DNA of 64,000 bases from an uncultured Acidobacteriota bacterium (GCA_963735525.1 CAVTLQ010000012.1:165005-229004), one strand, 5' to 3'; positions 9,364 through 19,634 are shown, counted from the first letter of the stretch. Numbers and translations: made by a program. The notes: generated by a model not told the origin, from the letters alone.

Positions 9364-11649
9364 ATGGTTGGCACGCATAAACTCACCCCATTCGCGTGTG
9401 GCTCGCTCCTACTGTCGATTCTGCTCTTTTTTCTAAGCGCAGGCTCCGCGCGTGCTGAGAGCCCGAGCCTTACCGGCAAGGTGACGGACCCACAAGGAAA
9501 TGCCGTAGTGAATGCCACGGTGAGCCTCGTCGCTGATGATGGGAAAGCGGTGCAACAGAAAACCACCGGAAGCGATGGGCAGTTCACCTTTACCGGAATC
9601 CCTGCCGGCAAATACACACTGAAGCTAAATGTGGCCGGCTTTGACCCAGTGAATCAGTCACTCGTTGTCCGCGACGCCGAGACTTTGACAATGGACGTGC
9701 AACTGAAACTTGCGACAGCAAAAGAAGAAGTAAAGGTTTCGACCGATGTGGTGGATGTGAACGTCGTCACGCCCGATCCCGCGCAACGCTTGGTCATTCG
9801 CCAGGAAACGCTTGACGCGAATCCGGGGCGCCCCGGAGCGCCGGTGTCCATTCCGGGCCTGCCCATCGAAACCGCGTCCGGCGGGATCAAAGCGCCTCAG
9901 TACTTCGCGCCGGGCGTGGCGGGAGATCATGGAGAACCCATCGCCTCCTACATTCAAGTGGGAAGCTACCTTGTTTCCAACAACCTTTCCGCCAATGCGC
10001 ACGGAAACGGTTACGCGGATCCGAATATTCTGGTTCCGGAGGTCATTGGGAGCGTTCAGGTAGATGGGGGCGCTTTCAATGTGCGCGAAGGAAACCATTC
10101 GCAGAATCTTTCGGCGACGTACGGACTGCGCTCGCGGCTGGATCCGTTCATTACTCTAACGGGCGACTATCGTGACGTTGATCTCGTCGCGGGATGGAGC
10201 CCGGAAGGACCCGACGTCCGCTCCTGGATTGTGGTGCAAGCCTCGTATGGCAACGGTTTTCTGGATCGGCTCGAGCATCGCCAGCAATATAAAATAAATG
10301 GCTCTCGTGTATTTCAGTTCGGCAAACATGAGCTCGCGCTTTTTGGCATCGGATACTACGGCTTCTCCTTTGTGCCGGGCCTGACCCCCATCGATGTTCC
10401 TAACCTGCACGACACGATTGACCCTCGCCAGAAAGACCAGACTCATACGGGATTAATCACACTCAATGATGTTTGGCAGGTGACCAGTTCCCAGCAAATT
10501 CAGCTTTCCGGTTTTTTCCGAACCTACAATTTGGCGCTCTTTTCCAATTTTGGCGACGGGCTCGTCCTGCAGAGTGAGTTCCGCACCGTGACCGGGAGCA
10601 ATGCGACGTACACCAATAAGCTCAGCGATTCTCTCTCCCTGTTAGCCGGAGTGGATTACCAGCGTGATGCGCCTCGGCGAGACGATTTGGACCACTATGA
10701 CTCTTTCGACCCCACCGAACCCAACGTATACGGTCCATTCCAAAAAGTCTCAGCCAACAACATCACGATCGGCGATGTGTCACCCTACCTCGCGGTGGAG
10801 GGTCTGCTTGCCAGATATTTCCGCTACTACCTGGGATTTCGCCGCGATGAAATCGACTTCGACAATGACGATTTGTTGGTTCCCGCGCATTCGTTTCAGA
10901 ACTGGGTTGGAGTCAACAATCCCAAAGCTACGGTGTCCTTCCTTCCGAAGGAACACTCCTGGTTGCCCAACGTCTCTTTGAGCGCCGGGGAAGCGTTCTT
11001 CACCAACGACCCCAGGATCGGCACGGGGACGACCCAAGGCACGCTGGTGAGTCGTTCCCACTCCTATCAACTGGTGGCGAGCAAGACGCTCGCCGGAACG
11101 GACTTTCGCGTCACCTTGGGTCACGTCACCACGGAAGCCTCTCTCGCGAAAATCGATCCCGATACGGGGTTGCAGTTCGACGAAGGACCCGGGCGGTTGC
11201 GTTATCTTACGCTGGCAGCGCGCCACTACTTTGGCTTTGGCATGTTGCAGGCATCCTATTCGCAAGCGGACGCGCGTGACTTATCCGACGGCACGCCGAC
11301 GCCGGAAGCGCCGAGACTAATCGTGGATGCGCTCGCCACGTTCGATCATCTTCCGTTCCATCTGCGAGCGCGCAGCGAATTTGAATATGTGGGAGCCAAG
11401 CCCCTCGGCGATGGTTTCGTTGGCGTTCCGACTACGGAAGTCCGAGGAGCACTTCTGCGTTCCTTCCGGCGGGGGCGCATGGACCTTGGCGTGAACTTTT
11501 TGATCGCCAACGGTTATACCGGCCAAACCACCGAAGTGCTGGCGCTACCCGATGATCCCGCAGCGTTCGAACGGGCAGTAGGGGTGCGGCTGCCGTCCTA
11601 CGTCAGCGTTTCCTATACATACCGTTTTCAGCAGCGCCAGGCGCATTAG
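9364..11649 (+). CDS. TonB-dependent receptor
   Basis: signal peptide, carboxypeptidase-regulatory N-domain, plug with APQYFAPGVAGDHG and SANAHGNGYADPN, barrel ending SYTYRF; start uncertain (9340 or 9364). Confidence 0.85.
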   Translation: MVGTHKLTPFACGSLLLSILLFFLSAGSARAESPSLTGKVTDPQGNAVVNATVSLVADDGKAVQQKTTGSDGQFTFTGIPAGKYTLKLNVAGFDPVNQSLVVRDAETLTMDVQLKLATAKEEVKVSTDVVDVNVVTPDPAQRLVIRQETLDANPGRPGAPVSIPGLPIETASGGIKAPQYFAPGVAGDHGEPIASYIQVGSYLVSNNLSANAHGNGYADPNILVPEVIGSVQVDGGAFNVREGNHSQNLSATYGLRSRLDPFITLTGDYRDVDLVAGWSPEGPDVRSWIVVQASYGNGFLDRLEHRQQYKINGSRVFQFGKHELALFGIGYYGFSFVPGLTPIDVPNLHDTIDPRQKDQTHTGLITLNDVWQVTSSQQIQLSGFFRTYNLALFSNFGDGLVLQSEFRTVTGSNATYTNKLSDSLSLLAGVDYQRDAPRRDDLDHYDSFDPTEPNVYGPFQKVSANNITIGDVSPYLAVEGLLARYFRYYLGFRRDEIDFDNDDLLVPAHSFQNWVGVNNPKATVSFLPKEHSWLPNVSLSAGEAFFTNDPRIGTGTTQGTLVSRSHSYQLVASKTLAGTDFRVTLGHVTTEASLAKIDPDTGLQFDEGPGRLRYLTLAARHYFGFGMLQASYSQADARDLSDGTPTPEAPRLIVDALATFDHLPFHLRARSEFEYVGAKPLGDGFVGVPTTEVRGALLRSFRRGRMDLGVNFLIANGYTGQTTEVLALPDDPAAFERAVGVRLPSYVSVSYTYRFQQRQAH

Positions 11650-11754
11650 TCGATCTTCCTTGCCAGCGTGTCCGCTTAGGGCAAGCGCATCGTTGCGCCA
11701 CACCGTTTTCTGACCGCTCTGGATTCCTGGAACGACAAGGCGTATCTTTGCGGC

Positions 11755-11961
11755 ATGACTCTATCGGCTCGCAATCGTCTCGAAGGCAAGGTTGTTGAAC
11801 TCCAGTTCGGCGGCGTCATGGCCCACGTCGTCATCCGTGTCGGCAAGAATCTGATCGAGAGCGTGATCACCAAACGCAGCGCCGATGAAATGAAACTAAA
11901 GATCGGCGACACCGTGTCCGCCGTGATCAAATCCACTGAAGTGATGTTGGAAAAGAATTGA
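11755..11961 (+). CDS. TOBE-domain molybdate/tungstate-binding protein (Mop/molbindin)
   Basis: 68 aa; LSARNRLEGKV...SVIT...LKIGDTVSAVIKSTEV is the Mop signature. Confidence 0.92.
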   Translation: MTLSARNRLEGKVVELQFGGVMAHVVIRVGKNLIESVITKRSADEMKLKIGDTVSAVIKSTEVMLEKN

Positions 11962-12058
11962 GACTGACTTCGAACCCCCGTAGTCGCCCAACACGCTAGC
12001 CGGGTGCCGCACCCTCGGTGTCGGAGGGCGGGTCCTGGGGTTCTCTTTCTTCCCCTCA

Positions 12059-15000
12059 TCAAACAAGGCTTACATCAATGGTCGTCGCCTTCTCCAAATA
12101 CGCGCAAAACGCGTTCGCCAACTGCATCTGCCGGGGACTCTTACATTCCGGCTCAAACAGCTTCGGGCTGCCCACCACGATCACCGCGGTCATTGCCCGG
12201 GACGTCGCCACATTGAACCGGTTCAAGCTGTACAAGAACTCCATCCCCCGCGGCGCATCCTCCGGCGAAGACGTCGTCAGCGAATAAATCACGACCGCGG
12301 CCTCCTGCCCCTGAAATTTGTCGACTGTCCCCACGCGCGCGCCTGGCAATCTCTCGCAAAGGTCGGACACTTGCGCGTTGTAAGGCGCGACAATCAATAC
12401 GTCCTCCAACTTTACCTGCCTGCTTTCCGTCGCGTTTCGAAACCACGTCACTCCCGGCCTTAGCAAGCTCTCCACGATCTGCGAAATCTTCTCCACTTCT
12501 TCCGCTGACGAGTTCCGATTGCCCTCGTGCTGCACCGGCACAAACCAAATCCCGGCACCTTTCAGCCATGCATGTCCCTCCAAGACTCGTGGACGCGTGA
12601 CCGGGCGCGCTCCCAGTTTGCCTTCGTAGAAAATCTCCGACGTGAACTCACATACCTTGCTGTGCATTCTCCACGTTTCCGGCAGCAGTAACCCCATGTC
12701 GCCGGGGATCGTCTTTCGGCCATCGAGCAAGTGCTCGAGCGCCGACTTCTCGGCTCCGTCCGGATGGCTCCCCTTCAACGGCCGCTGCAGCTGTTGCGGA
12801 TCGCCGATCAGCACCAGCTTTCTCGCCGACCTCGCCGCTGCCAGCACATCTGCAAGCGCCATCTGCCCCGCTTCATCAATAAATAAGACATCCACGGCAT
12901 CGGCAAACTCGGGTCGCGCCCACATCCACACCGTTCCCGCGGCCACTTGAGCTCCGCCCTGCTGCAACGCGCGCAACGCATCTTCGTTGGTCTTTGCAAT
13001 CGTGATTTCCGCGGCCTGCGCGTCGTCTCCGTCCTCTTTCGCTTTCTGCACGCAGCGGAGGCCCGCCAGGCCCAGCTCATCCGCAACTTCCAGAACTTTC
13101 TCCAGCAGATGGCGAATCACCTTGTGGCTAAGCGCCGTAATCCCAACTTTCTTCCCCATCGATACCATGCGACAGATCATCCATGCTCCGGTGTGTGTCT
13201 TTCCCGCGCCGGGCGGACCTTGAATCGCGAACAGGGAATCGGTCAGCGCCGTCACGATTCGGCAAGCCGTTTCGACCGGTGTTTCGCCCGGAAGCGGCGC
13301 AACCTGCTCGCCTGCCGTAAGCCTCGGGCTTCTTCGCAGCAGGAGGTCACGGGCGGCACGATGCAAACCAGGCGAATCGATTTGGTTTTCCTCCACCCAT
13401 TCGCCGAGAGCGAATAGGGAACCGGCCAGCACTTCCCACTTTGGCCCGCGTCCATCGACAAAGATCGCCGTCGGATGCACGCCCGTGCTCTTGTTCGTCT
13501 TCTTGACTTCGATGGTCCGGCTCGGAGTGTCGATCTTCTCTACCTTGCCGATCGCGAGCTCGCCCTGGCACACTTTGTCGCCGCGCCGGATATCGGTTTC
13601 CTGCTTCGGAAAGGAGTACCGCTCGATAGGGAGCTTGCCCTCCAAACGCACCTGCCCGATGTGCTTCAACCCCGCCACTCCCTGACGCTCTTCCAGCAAG
13701 TCTTCGTCCTTAAGGTCGCGAAGTTTGTAGTATTCCCACCAGGTCGCTTTGTCCTCGCGCCGGTGCCAATCCAGCAGGGCAGCCAGGAGCCATCGCCCGT
13801 TGTCTGCCTCGCTCCGTTCTTTGGAATCTTCCGGAATGCCATTCGTCAATTTTTCCACCAGAACGGCCACGCGCTGCTGCCGTGCGTCCACGTCCTCCGG
13901 CGCCGCACCATCTTCGATCGCGGGCCTGGTAATGGGCACTCCGCGCTCAACTAATTTCGCCCGCTCTGCCTCCAGCCAGTCCCGCAACGCCGCCGTCGAA
14001 AAACAATCTTCTCCGTTGTATCCCTCCATCGATTCACGAAACTTTTCCGGCAACTCCTCGTCTTCCCATCCCAATTCCAGCCGGTGCTCCACATACCGCA
14101 TCGCCGCACGCGACTCCTCGGGCCGGACCTTCCTGTCGAACCCATAAAAAACCTCCAGCTTCTTCAGTGAGTACTCCTCGACGCTGGCCCGCACCGCTTG
14201 TTTGAACACCGCGTGCAGGTCCACGAACAAACCGGCGCGAAGCATGCTGTCGATTTCTTCCTCGCGAGTCGCGTACTTTCCCATCAGGTGTTTGAACGCC
14301 CCCGGTTCGTAGACCCCGAAGTGATACACATGCATCCCGGGAGATTTCTTCAGCCGCGCCATCACTTGATCTACGAACCATTCGAACCCGCTTTTTTCCT
14401 CCTTAACAGAGAAAGCCCATCGTTTCTCATAGTTCAGCTTGCCGTCCTCGCCGGCCGCGACAAACCCGAACAGGTACTGCTGCCCGCCTTCACCGGCAAA
14501 CGGATCACCCTCCAAATCCACAAACACATCCCCGCGCGAAGGCTCCGGCAGCCTAAAAAAACCGGTTCCGTCAACGATGCTCAGCAGCTCATACACCGGT
14601 TTCTTGAGCGAGCGGCCCTCTACCTGCACGCGCGCCTGCTCTCTAACCTTCTCCAGTCCTTCTGTTGACCCGTGCAATGGCTTCTGCTTCAGCGGAATCG
14701 GCAATACCGCCAGCTTCGCCATCGTCTCCGTATTCCAGTCTTCCAACTGGTTCCGCTGCTGCCGCCGTATTCCCGCCACCAACGACAAATGATCATCGGC
14801 CCTTCGCTGCTTGTCGCACTCGCGGAACCACCGGCACACATCGCAGTGCGGGCAAGGCTCCGGATAGATTTCCTCTAATCCCCCGTTTTCACACGACTTT
14901 TCTAGCCGCGTCTTCACGTATCGGTAGTAGGCTGCGTATTCCGCCACGCGGTAGCACTCGCCCTTGAACTCATTCCCGGGCGGCACCACCCACAGGAATT

Positions 15001-15502
15001 CCGGCAGGGTTTCCGGCGTTCCACCCTGCATCTCTCCCAGCAACTCCGAATAGAACGCCAGTTGCAGGATCGCCGTCGCCTTCGTCTCTCGCGCCAACTT
15101 GCAGTCGTACGCCTCGTACGACCAGTTCCCGAACCGGCTCGGCTTGTCCACTTTCCGCAGAACGTCCGGGCGTCCGAACCAGCGACCGCAACTTAGTGCG
15201 CCCTGCGCAATCACCTCGGCTCCGCTGGCCATGGCGCGTCGCGTTTCCTCCACAATCTGCGTCTCGTCCCCAGCGTTCGCCAAATTCAGCACTGCAAGCC
15301 CGCTCTTCTCCAGGTGCGCCAAATACCTCGCCTCATGCCGCAGACCCAGCTCGCGGATCACCGCAAGGTCCGGCGCTTCCCACTCGGGCGCCAAGCGTTT
15401 CCCCCGTGCCACGCTCAGCTCCAGACTTGTAAGATGATGACAAGCCAGATGGTTACTGACGTCCGTCGCCGCAAGCCGAATTTCTCCTGAAACAATTCGC
15501 AT
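12059..15502 (-). CDS. TM0106-family RecB/Cas4-like nuclease fused to RNase H-like domain and SF1 (Upf1-like) helicase
   Basis: GRPDVL...YDCKLA...QLAFY nuclease motifs, CPHCDVCRWFREC Cys cluster, DLEGD/YNGEDC exonuclease-like motifs, GPPGAGKT, DEAGQ, GDPQQL, TVDKFQGQE, NVATSRA. Confidence 0.9.
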   Translation of the reverse strand: MRIVSGEIRLAATDVSNHLACHHLTSLELSVARGKRLAPEWEAPDLAVIRELGLRHEARYLAHLEKSGLAVLNLANAGDETQIVEETRRAMASGAEVIAQGALSCGRWFGRPDVLRKVDKPSRFGNWSYEAYDCKLARETKATAILQLAFYSELLGEMQGGTPETLPEFLWVVPPGNEFKGECYRVAEYAAYYRYVKTRLEKSCENGGLEEIYPEPCPHCDVCRWFRECDKQRRADDHLSLVAGIRRQQRNQLEDWNTETMAKLAVLPIPLKQKPLHGSTEGLEKVREQARVQVEGRSLKKPVYELLSIVDGTGFFRLPEPSRGDVFVDLEGDPFAGEGGQQYLFGFVAAGEDGKLNYEKRWAFSVKEEKSGFEWFVDQVMARLKKSPGMHVYHFGVYEPGAFKHLMGKYATREEEIDSMLRAGLFVDLHAVFKQAVRASVEEYSLKKLEVFYGFDRKVRPEESRAAMRYVEHRLELGWEDEELPEKFRESMEGYNGEDCFSTAALRDWLEAERAKLVERGVPITRPAIEDGAAPEDVDARQQRVAVLVEKLTNGIPEDSKERSEADNGRWLLAALLDWHRREDKATWWEYYKLRDLKDEDLLEERQGVAGLKHIGQVRLEGKLPIERYSFPKQETDIRRGDKVCQGELAIGKVEKIDTPSRTIEVKKTNKSTGVHPTAIFVDGRGPKWEVLAGSLFALGEWVEENQIDSPGLHRAARDLLLRRSPRLTAGEQVAPLPGETPVETACRIVTALTDSLFAIQGPPGAGKTHTGAWMICRMVSMGKKVGITALSHKVIRHLLEKVLEVADELGLAGLRCVQKAKEDGDDAQAAEITIAKTNEDALRALQQGGAQVAAGTVWMWARPEFADAVDVLFIDEAGQMALADVLAAARSARKLVLIGDPQQLQRPLKGSHPDGAEKSALEHLLDGRKTIPGDMGLLLPETWRMHSKVCEFTSEIFYEGKLGARPVTRPRVLEGHAWLKGAGIWFVPVQHEGNRNSSAEEVEKISQIVESLLRPGVTWFRNATESRQVKLEDVLIVAPYNAQVSDLCERLPGARVGTVDKFQGQEAAVVIYSLTTSSPEDAPRGMEFLYSLNRFNVATSRAMTAVIVVGSPKLFEPECKSPRQMQLANAFCAYLEKATTIDVSLV

Positions 15503-15951
15503 GATCCAAGCCTAACCCCCGCGAACGTTCGGCGGGGAGTTATTCGCAGATTGACGAATCTGATTGGACGGCACGATGGTGGTGCGTGGCTAACCAAGGT
15601 CCAACCGAGATTGCGACACACCCGGGATGGCAGTCCCAAAAGCGAATCCCAAGCGAAACCTATCCGTATTTTCGGTCGCAGGCTGCTCAAACCCCACTAC
15701 TCGGTACCCGCTGTCTTCGGACTATTTGTCGCAGACAAAGGATATGCTAGGCTCTCCCTGCGGAAAGAAGCCCCGGCCACGTGCGGCGCGAGTCCTGGTG
15801 CCGCAAGCGACCTCTCCCTCTTGTTTCCAGACTGCGCCTCCCGCGGAGGCCTCTCTGCAGAAACCGCTAAGGCCAGGGCGCGTCACCCGCTGCGCGGTTG
15901 TGCAAAGAGCCGGCTGCTTTTGCGGCCGAATAAAACGGAGCGACTACGGCT

Positions 15952-16827
15952 ATGTCAGGTACCACAGCGACCTCCAAAACCGCCCAGCAGCCCCTGGAGA
16001 TCAGGCTCGCGCACTCTCCCGACTCCGACGACGCCTTCATGTTTTACGCCCTGGCAACGCACAAGCTCTCGACTCCCGGCTACAAATACACCCACGTTCT
16101 TTCCGACATCCAAACGCTCAATGACGCGGCTCTCGCTGAAACCTACGACGTTACCGCCGTCAGCTTCGCCGCTTATCCGTTCCTCCGCGACAAATACATT
16201 CTGCTCGACTGCGGCGCCAGCTTCGGCGAAAACTACGGCCCTATCGTCGTTTCTTCCAAATCGATGCGCCCGCACGAACTCGCCGGCAAGCGCATCGGCG
16301 TCCCTGGCCTGCGCACCACCGCGTATCTCACCCTAAAACTCTTTGAGCCCAACTTTGAAGCCATTGTGATGCCCTTCGATAAAATTCTCGACGCCGTGCA
16401 GAACGAAACCGTGGAAGCCGGCCTGCTGATCCACGAAGGCCAGCTTCTGTTTCCGCAGCTTGGCCTGCACCGCGTCCTCGACCTCGGCGCTTGGTGGCAC
16501 GACCGCACCAAACTCCCGCTGCCGCTAGGCGGAAACGCCGTGCGGCGCGCGCTGGGCCCTGAGCTCGGCCAGCAAATCGCCAAGACAATTCGCGGCAGCG
16601 TCGAGTACGGCCTCGAACACCGCGAAGAAGCCCTCAACTACGCCATGCAGTTCGCTCGCGACATGGAAACAGAGGTCGCCGACCGCTTCGTCGGCATGTA
16701 CGTCAACAAGTGGACCGTCGGCTACGGCGAGCGCGGCAGACGCGCGGTCACCGAGCTGATCGATCAAGGAACCAAGGCCGGCCTGCTGCCGGAGCCCGCC
16801 ACGGTCGAATTCCTAAGCGAAAACTAA
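15952..16827 (+). CDS. mqnD: 1,4-dihydroxy-6-naphthoate synthase (futalosine menaquinone pathway), MqnA/MqnD family
   Basis: AHSPDSDDAFMFYAL, GASFGENYGP, LLIHEGQL, LPLPLGG, MYVN motifs. Confidence 0.85.
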   Translation: MSGTTATSKTAQQPLEIRLAHSPDSDDAFMFYALATHKLSTPGYKYTHVLSDIQTLNDAALAETYDVTAVSFAAYPFLRDKYILLDCGASFGENYGPIVVSSKSMRPHELAGKRIGVPGLRTTAYLTLKLFEPNFEAIVMPFDKILDAVQNETVEAGLLIHEGQLLFPQLGLHRVLDLGAWWHDRTKLPLPLGGNAVRRALGPELGQQIAKTIRGSVEYGLEHREEALNYAMQFARDMETEVADRFVGMYVNKWTVGYGERGRRAVTELIDQGTKAGLLPEPATVEFLSEN

Positions 16828-16863
16828 TCAGGTAACGCGCCTAGTTTTTCCGCCGCGAAATCC

Positions 16864-16890
16864 TAAAGTTTTTCGCCGATCTGCCGATAT
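16864..16890 (+). promoter_or_regulatory. sigma28 (FliA)-type promoter
   Basis: TAAAGTTT-N11-GCCGATAT versus the established consensus TAAAGTTT-N11-GCCGATAA (15/16 match, exact spacing). Confidence 0.85.
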
Positions 16891-17016
16891 CCATCTTGCA
16901 TAGCACCGGGTGTCGCGAATGGCAGCCTACGGCAAGGCCGTTCTCCCTCCCAATTCCCATTCGCGCTTGGGGGTTTGGTTCTCAGCGCTACGCACCCGCC
17001 TCCGCGGAGGTGACGC

Positions 17017-17772
17017 ATGGCACTCACAGGTCTTGTCAGTCTCACGCAACAGCTTTTGAATCAGACGGCGGCGGCAACGCAAGCCGCCCAGACTCCGCAG
17101 ACGCCTGTAAGCGCGGCGGCGACCACAACCAGCTCCCCAGCACCAGAGGATCAGTTCGTGTCGTCCACGCAAAATGATTCGGCGGCGGTGAACGCCGAGG
17201 CGGCGGGGCTTTTTACGGTCGCTCAATTCAGTTTGTTCACGGCGGCCGCCGATTCCCTGCTGGCGCAAGCCGCGCCCGCACAAGGCGATGCGACAAGCCA
17301 GACTGCTCCGGCGGCAGCGGCGCAGGTCGCTGCCGCGGCGGCGCAAACCGCTAAAGCGGCGAACGTGAACACCGGTAACGCGAACACCCCCGCCGCGGCA
17401 ACACCATTGCCGCAGACCGTGGCTGCGCCAGCGCCAACGGCAACTGCGTCCACCGTGAGCACCACGAACGCCACACAGGCCGGAATAGCCAACGTCGAAG
17501 CCCAGCTGCAAACCTTGAATAACACGCTGGCGGCCTTGGGCCTGAACGAGACCGACATTAAAGAGGTCGATCAAATCGCGAGCCTGATCAACGATTTCAG
17601 CCCGACAGCCTTCACCAGCCTGGCATACGAGCTCGAAGCGCTCGCGCAGAACCCCGCGCAACAAACCGCGGCAACTTCGGTGAACACCACCGCGCAAGCT
17701 CCGGCGACCGCGGCCGGTAGTACGGCGGAAACGTCCGCGAATGCCTCCCACGCCCCAGCGGCTTTGGCTTGA
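17017..17772 (+). CDS. Ala/Thr/Gln-rich low-complexity hypothetical protein
   Basis: GGAGGTG RBS; 251 aa; no Sec signal peptide; one helical island QLQTLNNTLAALGL...AYELEALA. Confidence 0.75.
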   Translation: MALTGLVSLTQQLLNQTAAATQAAQTPQTPVSAAATTTSSPAPEDQFVSSTQNDSAAVNAEAAGLFTVAQFSLFTAAADSLLAQAAPAQGDATSQTAPAAAAQVAAAAAQTAKAANVNTGNANTPAAATPLPQTVAAPAPTATASTVSTTNATQAGIANVEAQLQTLNNTLAALGLNETDIKEVDQIASLINDFSPTAFTSLAYELEALAQNPAQQTAATSVNTTAQAPATAAGSTAETSANASHAPAALA

Positions 17773-17810
17773 CCGTAGCTGCAGAAATCACTTAGTGTCA
17801 TTCCCCTGTA

Positions 17811-19634
17811 ATGAAGCCTCTGACCGCAACGTGGATGTCTGCCTTGAGTTTGGCCGTGGCTGTGCACGCGGCGTTGTCCTTGGCAGCAGGCGCCGTAGCT
17901 CACGCACAAACGACCGCCGAATATCGCCAACGCGCGGAACAACCTGAGAATTGGCCCCAGCAAGCGGTGCGCGCAGTGCACGGCATGGTTGCCACCGACG
18001 AGGAACTCGGCTCCCGCGCGGGCGTGGAGATCTTGAAGCGCGGAGGAAACGCGGTGGACGCCGGCGTCGCCGTGGCCTTCGCCCTCGCCGTTGTGGAGCC
18101 CGCCGCGGGCAACATCGGCGGTGGCGGATTCATGCTGGTTCGGCTGGCGAATGGAGAAGCCACCTTCCTCGACTATCGCGAGACGGCGCCAGGCAAAGCC
18201 ACGCGAGACATGTACATCGGGCCCGACGGCAAGCTCGACCTGGAGGCCTCGCTGATCGGTTACCGTTCGGTGGCGGTCCCCGGAACGGTCTCGGGACTCG
18301 AACTCGCGCTGAAGACCTACGGCACCATGAAACTCGCGGACGTGATGGCGCCCGCGATCGGCCTGGCGGAACAAGGCTTCCCTGTCAGCGAAAAACTCGC
18401 CGAAGAGTTGCAGCGGGAGCGGCCGAAGTTGCAACGCTTCTCTGTCAGCCGCCGGATTTTCCTGAACGACGGCAAGCTCTTTCAAGCGGGAGACACGCTG
18501 CGCCAGCCGGAGTTGGCCGCGACGCTGAAACGCATCGCGAAAAATGGCGCCGCGGAGTTTTATCGCGGCGAGACTGCGCGAAAACTCGTAGCTGATATGG
18601 CTTGGTCGGACGGAACGATCACGCTCGACGACCTGGCGCACTACACGCCAAAAATTCGCAAAGTACTGCAGGCACAATACGAAAACGACGGGCACACCTG
18701 GGAGGTTGTGACCTCGCCGCCGCCCAGCTCCGGCGGCGTTGCGGTCATCGAAGCTCTCAACATGCTGAAGGGTGTGCCGCTGAAGGGCTGGGACGACGTG
18801 GAAAGCGTGCACATGGTGACAGAAACGATGCGCCGCGTTTTCGCGGACCGCGCCGCGTATCTGGCGGATCCCGACTTCGCCAGCGTGCCGGTGGCCGGCC
18901 TGACCGATCCCTGCTACGCCAGGGAACTCGCCGCCACGATCGATCCGCAACATGCGGCGTCCAGCAAGACGCTGCACGCGGGAACGCCGCACACCTGCGC
19001 GGCGGCTGCGGCGAGCAACGGCGCGCCGGAAGCGATCGTCAGCCTGGGTGAAGGGCCGCACACGACGCACTTCTCCGTCGTGGACGCCGCGGGAAACGCC
19101 GTGGCCAGCACCTACACGCTCAACAACAGTTACGGCTCGCACGTCACGAGCAGTGCGGGATTTCTGCTGAATGACGAAATGGATGATTTCACAACGCAGC
19201 CCGGCGTGCCGAACGCGCTGTTCGGCTTGATCCAGTCTGACGCGAATGCGATCGCCCCCAACCACCGCCCGCTAAGCTCGATGACGCCGACGATTTTGCT
19301 GCGCGACGGCAAGCTGAGTTTCGTCACCGGCTCGCCTGGCGGGCCGACGATCATCTCCGCGACGTTGCTGAGCGTGCTCAACTGGATGCGGCTGGGAATG
19401 GACGCGCAAGCGGCCATCAACGCGCCGCGCTTTCACCACCAATGGCTGCCCGATCAAATCGTGATCGAGCAGATGTTCCCGGAGAGCATGGAGCAGGCCC
19501 TGCAAGCCCGCGGATTCGCCGTCAAGCGCCGCAGCCATATCGGCCTAGTGAACGCCATCGGCATCGACCCGCATACCGGCGACCGCCTGGGCGCCGCCGA
19601 CCCCCGCGACAGCGGCTCCGCCGTGGGCTACTGA
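17811..19634 (+). CDS. ggt: gamma-glutamyltransferase
   Basis: GGNAVDA, NIGGGGF, HTTHFSVVD (nucleophile Thr), LNDEMDDF, RPLSSMTP, GSPGG; signal peptide. Confidence 0.96.
   Translation: MKPLTATWMSALSLAVAVHAALSLAAGAVAHAQTTAEYRQRAEQPENWPQQAVRAVHGMVATDEELGSRAGVEILKRGGNAVDAGVAVAFALAVVEPAAGNIGGGGFMLVRLANGEATFLDYRETAPGKATRDMYIGPDGKLDLEASLIGYRSVAVPGTVSGLELALKTYGTMKLADVMAPAIGLAEQGFPVSEKLAEELQRERPKLQRFSVSRRIFLNDGKLFQAGDTLRQPELAATLKRIAKNGAAEFYRGETARKLVADMAWSDGTITLDDLAHYTPKIRKVLQAQYENDGHTWEVVTSPPPSSGGVAVIEALNMLKGVPLKGWDDVESVHMVTETMRRVFADRAAYLADPDFASVPVAGLTDPCYARELAATIDPQHAASSKTLHAGTPHTCAAAAASNGAPEAIVSLGEGPHTTHFSVVDAAGNAVASTYTLNNSYGSHVTSSAGFLLNDEMDDFTTQPGVPNALFGLIQSDANAIAPNHRPLSSMTPTILLRDGKLSFVTGSPGGPTIISATLLSVLNWMRLGMDAQAAINAPRFHHQWLPDQIVIEQMFPESMEQALQARGFAVKRRSHIGLVNAIGIDPHTGDRLGAADPRDSGSAVGY

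Noticed and set aside
15760-15815. SAM-I riboswitch-like words (GAAGCCCCGGC...GGTGCC)
   Set aside because: The AUC-AGAG, GAGGGA, GCAACC and AGAU core elements are absent
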